A stretch of DNA of 64,000 nucleotides, from the NCBI GenBank assembly GCA_963713045.1, contig CAVQKE010000007.1, positions 224,001-288,000 on the forward strand, written 5' to 3'. The first letter of the stretch is position 1, and the number at the start of each line of letters is the position of its first letter. The DNA is from an uncultured delta proteobacterium. GTDB lineage: Bacteria > Myxococcota > Myxococcia > Myxococcales > Myxococcaceae. A program made the position numbers and the translations under genes. Shown here piece after piece: positions 60,010-64,000 of the stretch. The notes beneath the pieces were generated by a model, which did not search any database, was not told the DNA's origin, and saw nothing but the letters and a program-made list of their open reading frames with translations.

Positions 60010-62181
60010 CTACCAAATTTCGCAGCGCGGCGAGCGCACCATCGGCTGCCCAGACTTGCAGCCAAAGGCTTCCTGAAAGGTGGTGAGGTTGGAGAGTGGG
60101 CCATTGACGCGCCACCTCTCACTTGCGTGCGGGTCGGTTTGGGCCCGACGCCGCGCCTCCTGTGGACGGGCCTTGGTGCACCAGGCTTGGGCGAAGCCCA
60201 AAAAGAATTGCTGGTCCACGCTGTAACGCGAGGGCTTGACCGGCTCGGGATGCGCTTGCAGGTAGGCCTTCAGCGCCAGTTGGGCGAGCTTCAGGCCGCC
60301 TAAGTCTGCAGTATTTTCGCCCAGCGTCAGTGCGCCGTTCAGCTTCACCTCGTCCACCGCCACGTACCCGTCGAACTGTGTCTTCACACAGGCCGCGCGG
60401 TCCTCGAAATTTTTGCCGGAGCTCGGCGTCCACCAGTCAGTGAGGTTGCCGGCTGCGTCGAATTTCCTGCCCTGGTCGTCGAAGCCGTGTGTCAGCTCGT
60501 GGCCCACCACCATGCCCATCCCGCCGAAGTTGACGGCCGGTGTCGCCTCGGCGCTGTAGAACGGAGGCTGCAGAATCCCGGCCGGAAAGACAATCTCGTT
60601 CATCTGCGGGTTGTAATAGGCGTTCACCGTGGGCGGCGTCATTCCCCACTCCGTCCGGTCGACCGGTTTGCCAATCTTCTTCAATTCGCGGTCCATCTCG
60701 TACGCTTGTGAGCGCCAGGAGTTGCCAAGGTAAGAATGGTTGTCGACGAGCAGGCCGTCGTAGGTCTTCCACTTGTCGGGGTAGCCAATCTTGTTGGCGA
60801 TGGCGCGGACTTTCTCCCGGGCGCGGTCTTTGGTGGCTTGGTCCATCCAGGTGAGGGCGGCAAGATTGTTCTCGAAGGCCTGCTCGATGAGTGCGACCAT
60901 CTCGCGCGTTACCTTTTTCCCGCCCGGGCCAAATGTCGCCTCGACATACGCCGCGCCCAGTGCCTCCCCAAATGCCCGGTCCGTGGCCGCGACGCACTTC
61001 TTCCAGCGCGGCAGCTGCTCCTTGGCGCCAGTGAGGTGTTTGCTCTCGAAGCCGAAGCGCTCATCCTGGAAGCGCTTGGGAAGCGCGTCGAAGCCCAAGC
61101 CCTGAAAGTCTCCGCCGACGGCCCTCCAGGAAAGGTAGTTCCGCCAGACACTGAGCGGCACTTCCCGTGTCATTTTTGAGACCTCGGCGAAGAAGGGCTC
61201 GTGTTCGACGCTGATGGTGGTGACGCCGGGTGCCCCCACCCGAGCGAGAAAGACGTCCCAGTCGAAGGCCGGCGCCAGCTTCTTCAACCCGGCGAGTTCC
61301 ACCCGGTGGTACGTCTTGTCCGGGTCGCGCCGGGAGACCCGGTCCAGGCTGGCCTTGGCAAGCCGGGTCTCGAAGGCCATCACGTCGGCAGCCTTCTTGG
61401 CCGCAGCCGTAAGCGAGTCCCCCAAGAGGACGAAGACGGCTTTGACGTGGGCCTGGTAGGCGACCCGGATGGCTTTCATCTTCTCGTCGTCCTGGAGGTA
61501 GTAGTCCCGGTCAGGAAGGCCGAGACCGTCCTGGCCAAATTCGCCGATGACCAGCGTCGCGTCCTTGGCGTCCTGGGTGGAGTGGAAGATGAAGAGCGGC
61601 TGGCCTCCAATGCGCTGAAGGCGCGCAACTTCCTGGATGAGCCCCTTTGAGGAGTTGAGGCGGGCAATGCGGGCGAGCTCTGCCTTCAGCTCGGGAAGCG
61701 CCGTTTCCAGCTTCGCCTCATCCATGCAGCTTGCGTAGTAGGTGCCGACTGCCTGAGGGTACAGCATGCCAGCCGGGACGTTGCCGGCAGAGTCCGCCTC
61801 GAGGAGTGAGCGCAGAGTCGTCCGGTTCTGTTCGTCGATGGTTCTGAAGCCGCGGTCCCAGATGCTTCGGTCTGCCGGAATCTCCGTCGTCTTGAGCCAG
61901 CCGCCGCAGGCGTACTGGAAGAAGTCCGTGCAAGGGTCGGCCTGGAGGTCCATCGCGGACGCCGCCAGCCCGGCCGGCATGGGAAGCGGGGCAGCTGCTG
62001 CTGCCGCCGTGGGCGGGGGCGTTGTGGGCGCCGCCGCGCTGACCTCGGGGGCCTTCGCCGCGGGCGCGCTTACTGCCTTCGTCTCCGCGGTGGGGGTGCT
62101 ACAGCCGGCCAGGGCGAGCAGCGCGCAAAGGGCGAGTCCGCTTTCGGGAAGGGGCCAACGGCGTCGGGCAACTCTCGACAT
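60010..62181 (-). CDS. M13 family (neprilysin-like) metallopeptidase lipoprotein
   Basis: LAGC lipobox, VNAYY, HELTH, ENTAD. Confidence 0.95.
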   Translation of the reverse strand: MSRVARRRWPLPESGLALCALLALAGCSTPTAETKAVSAPAAKAPEVSAAAPTTPPPTAAAAAAPLPMPAGLAASAMDLQADPCTDFFQYACGGWLKTTEIPADRSIWDRGFRTIDEQNRTTLRSLLEADSAGNVPAGMLYPQAVGTYYASCMDEAKLETALPELKAELARIARLNSSKGLIQEVARLQRIGGQPLFIFHSTQDAKDATLVIGEFGQDGLGLPDRDYYLQDDEKMKAIRVAYQAHVKAVFVLLGDSLTAAAKKAADVMAFETRLAKASLDRVSRRDPDKTYHRVELAGLKKLAPAFDWDVFLARVGAPGVTTISVEHEPFFAEVSKMTREVPLSVWRNYLSWRAVGGDFQGLGFDALPKRFQDERFGFESKHLTGAKEQLPRWKKCVAATDRAFGEALGAAYVEATFGPGGKKVTREMVALIEQAFENNLAALTWMDQATKDRAREKVRAIANKIGYPDKWKTYDGLLVDNHSYLGNSWRSQAYEMDRELKKIGKPVDRTEWGMTPPTVNAYYNPQMNEIVFPAGILQPPFYSAEATPAVNFGGMGMVVGHELTHGFDDQGRKFDAAGNLTDWWTPSSGKNFEDRAACVKTQFDGYVAVDEVKLNGALTLGENTADLGGLKLAQLALKAYLQAHPEPVKPSRYSVDQQFFLGFAQAWCTKARPQEARRRAQTDPHASERWRVNGPLSNLTTFQEAFGCKSGQPMVRSPRCEIW

Positions 62182-62449
62182 GGGTCGCAGACCTCTTGAA
62201 GGCTGAAAGGGGGGAGCACCGGCGGCCCATTCAGGCGGACGGGTGTTTCGCCAAGGTGGCCTGGCCAGGGCACGGGACGCTGGGGTGCCCCGGCCGGCCC
62301 AGCGGCGACGACGGTCAGCTCGGGCGTGGGTAGGTGGGTTTCCCAAGGGGGCGGATAAACGGCACACCGGGGCGTGCTGTCCAGTACGCGCTTCGGGGAC
62401 ACCCATTGCATCACTTGAGGACGAAACGTCCGGCTGAAGGAACGCGGCG

Positions 62450-63538
62450 TCAGCCGTTGGCCTTGGCAAAGTCCTCCATGAAGCCAACCAAGGTGCGGAT
62501 GTTGTCGGGCGAAACGGCGTTGTAGGCGCTGACCCGGATGCCGCCTGCACTGCGGTGGCCCTTCAGGCCCACCATCCCGGCCTTCTTTGCCTCCGAGACG
62601 AATTTGTCTTCCAGGGCCTCGCTGTTGAGGCGGAAGACAATATTCATCACACTGCGCGACTCCTTCTCCACCGGCGCCCGGTAGAAGCGGCTCAGCCGGT
62701 CCAGCGTTCCATAAAGCACCTCCGCCTTCTCGCGGTTCCACTTTTCCATCTGTGCCAGCCCACCGACGGCCTTTATCCAGGCGAGCACGTTGCGCATCAG
62801 GTAGATGGCCAAGGTGGGGGGGGTGTTGTAGAGGGAATTGTTCTCCGCGTGGGTGCTGTAGCGGAGAATTTTCGGAATGTCCTTGCGGGCCCGGGACATC
62901 AAATCCCGCTCGAGGATGACCAACGTCAAACCCGACGGCCCAATGTTTTTCTGCGCGCCAGCGTAAATGAGGCCGAATTTCGAAACGTCGATTTTCCGCC
63001 AAAGAATGTCCGAACTCATGTCGACGATGAGCGGGACTGCACCGACGTCCGGGAAGGCATGCCACTGCGTCCCGAAGATGGTGTTGTTGCTGGTGAGGTG
63101 GACGTAGGCCGCCTTGGGGTCCAGCTTCAGCTCCGACTGCTTGGGAACCCGCGTGTAGCGCTTGTCAGCATTCAGGGTGGTGGCCGCCACTTTCGGCGTC
63201 CCGAGGATTTTCGCCTCGTCCAGCGCCTTCTCACTCCACGTCCCGGTGAGGATGTAGTCCGCTGAGCCGTCCTTGGGCAGGAAGTTCATCGGGACCTGCG
63301 CGAATTGCAACGAGGCCCCTCCTTGCAGAAACAAAATTTGGTGGGTGGGCGGCACGCCCAGCATCTCGGTCAGCAGCGCGATGGCCTCGTCGTGGACGGC
63401 CTCGTATTCCTTGCCCCGGTGGCTGTGCTCAAGGATGGACATCCCCGAACCTTGAAAGTCGATGAATTCGTCCCGGGCACGCTCCAGGGCTGGCAGCGGC
63501 AAGCCCGCGGGTCCGGCGTTGAAGTTGATGACGCGCAT
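62450..63538 (-). CDS. serC: 3-phosphoserine aminotransferase
   Basis: [40 protein letters not shown]. Confidence 0.97.
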   Translation of the reverse strand: MRVINFNAGPAGLPLPALERARDEFIDFQGSGMSILEHSHRGKEYEAVHDEAIALLTEMLGVPPTHQILFLQGGASLQFAQVPMNFLPKDGSADYILTGTWSEKALDEAKILGTPKVAATTLNADKRYTRVPKQSELKLDPKAAYVHLTSNNTIFGTQWHAFPDVGAVPLIVDMSSDILWRKIDVSKFGLIYAGAQKNIGPSGLTLVILERDLMSRARKDIPKILRYSTHAENNSLYNTPPTLAIYLMRNVLAWIKAVGGLAQMEKWNREKAEVLYGTLDRLSRFYRAPVEKESRSVMNIVFRLNSEALEDKFVSEAKKAGMVGLKGHRSAGGIRVSAYNAVSPDNIRTLVGFMEDFAKANG

Positions 63539-63662
63539 GGGGGACTTCTACCAGGTCCTCCGCCGCTCGGGGGAGCACAGTCGCGTCCACGTCCGGCAGC
63601 TGGGGCGGCTCCGCCTCCAGCTTTCCGGGCCCAACCTGCCGAGGGGCTTCGTGCGCTGGCCG

Positions 63663-64000
63663 CTACTGCGCCGGGGTCTGCTGCAGCACCGGCAAGGCGG
63701 ACGGAGCCGGGCCGAGTCCAATCTCAATGCGGCGGTTTTGGGCGCGGTGCTCGGGGGTGTCGTTGGGGACGGTTGGTTGAAACTTCCCGAAACCGGTGGC
63801 GGCCAGCTGGCTCCCGGGGATACCGGCCTTCTCGAAGAAGTGCACCACCGCCAGGGCCCGCGCACTGGAGAGCTCCCAGTTGGATGGGAAGACCGCGGTA
63901 TGGACGGGGACGTCGTCGGTGAAGCCCGCCACGCGAAACACCTTGCCCTGGACGCCCTTGAGAACGTCGGCCACATTCTTCAGCGTGGCCAAACCTTGCT
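63663..64000 (-). CDS. OmpA/MotB family protein (C-terminal part; 5' end outside the window)
   Basis: GFTDDVP, SNWELSSARA, NRRIEI. Confidence 0.88.
   Translation of the reverse strand, partial: QGLATLKNVADVLKGVQGKVFRVAGFTDDVPVHTAVFPSNWELSSARALAVVHFFEKAGIPGSQLAATGFGKFQPTVPNDTPEHRAQNRRIEIGLGPAPSALPVLQQTPAQ

Overview
GC-rich bacterial DNA, most likely from a myxobacterium (Myxococcota-like gene content; inference). The window has two parts. (1) From about 1 to 50 kb is an accessory region. Its first ~35 kb is punctuated by at least 13 same-orientation copies of a ~160-bp composite repeat. A complete copy consists of two short direct repeats 12 bp apart, then GCCAAGACCCC, then an inverted copy of the same short motif, then, 17 bp later, the 3' half of a tRNA-Gly(CCC) starting at the anticodon arm. 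Between the repeats lie one-gene or few-gene cassettes: VOC proteins, vapBC and mazEF toxin-antitoxin modules, a DUF1254 lipoprotein, an antiporter, a methyltransferase, an ABC efflux operon, a GH63 glucosidase, a Ser/Thr kinase and a TonB receptor. A decayed tyrosine-integrase fragment lies at ~18.3-18.5 kb. This looks like a tRNA-anchored, integron-like cassette array or a stack of tandem genomic islets. No intact tRNA or intact integrase is in the window. (2) From about 51 to 64 kb are core-type genes: a carbonic anhydrase-DUF488 fusion, the tyrosine catabolism cluster (FAH, maiA, hppD, hmgA), phosphoketolase, a PA0069-family radical SAM protein, an M13 peptidase, serC and a partial OmpA/MotB gene. 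All product calls come from motif recognition by eye; no database searches were run.
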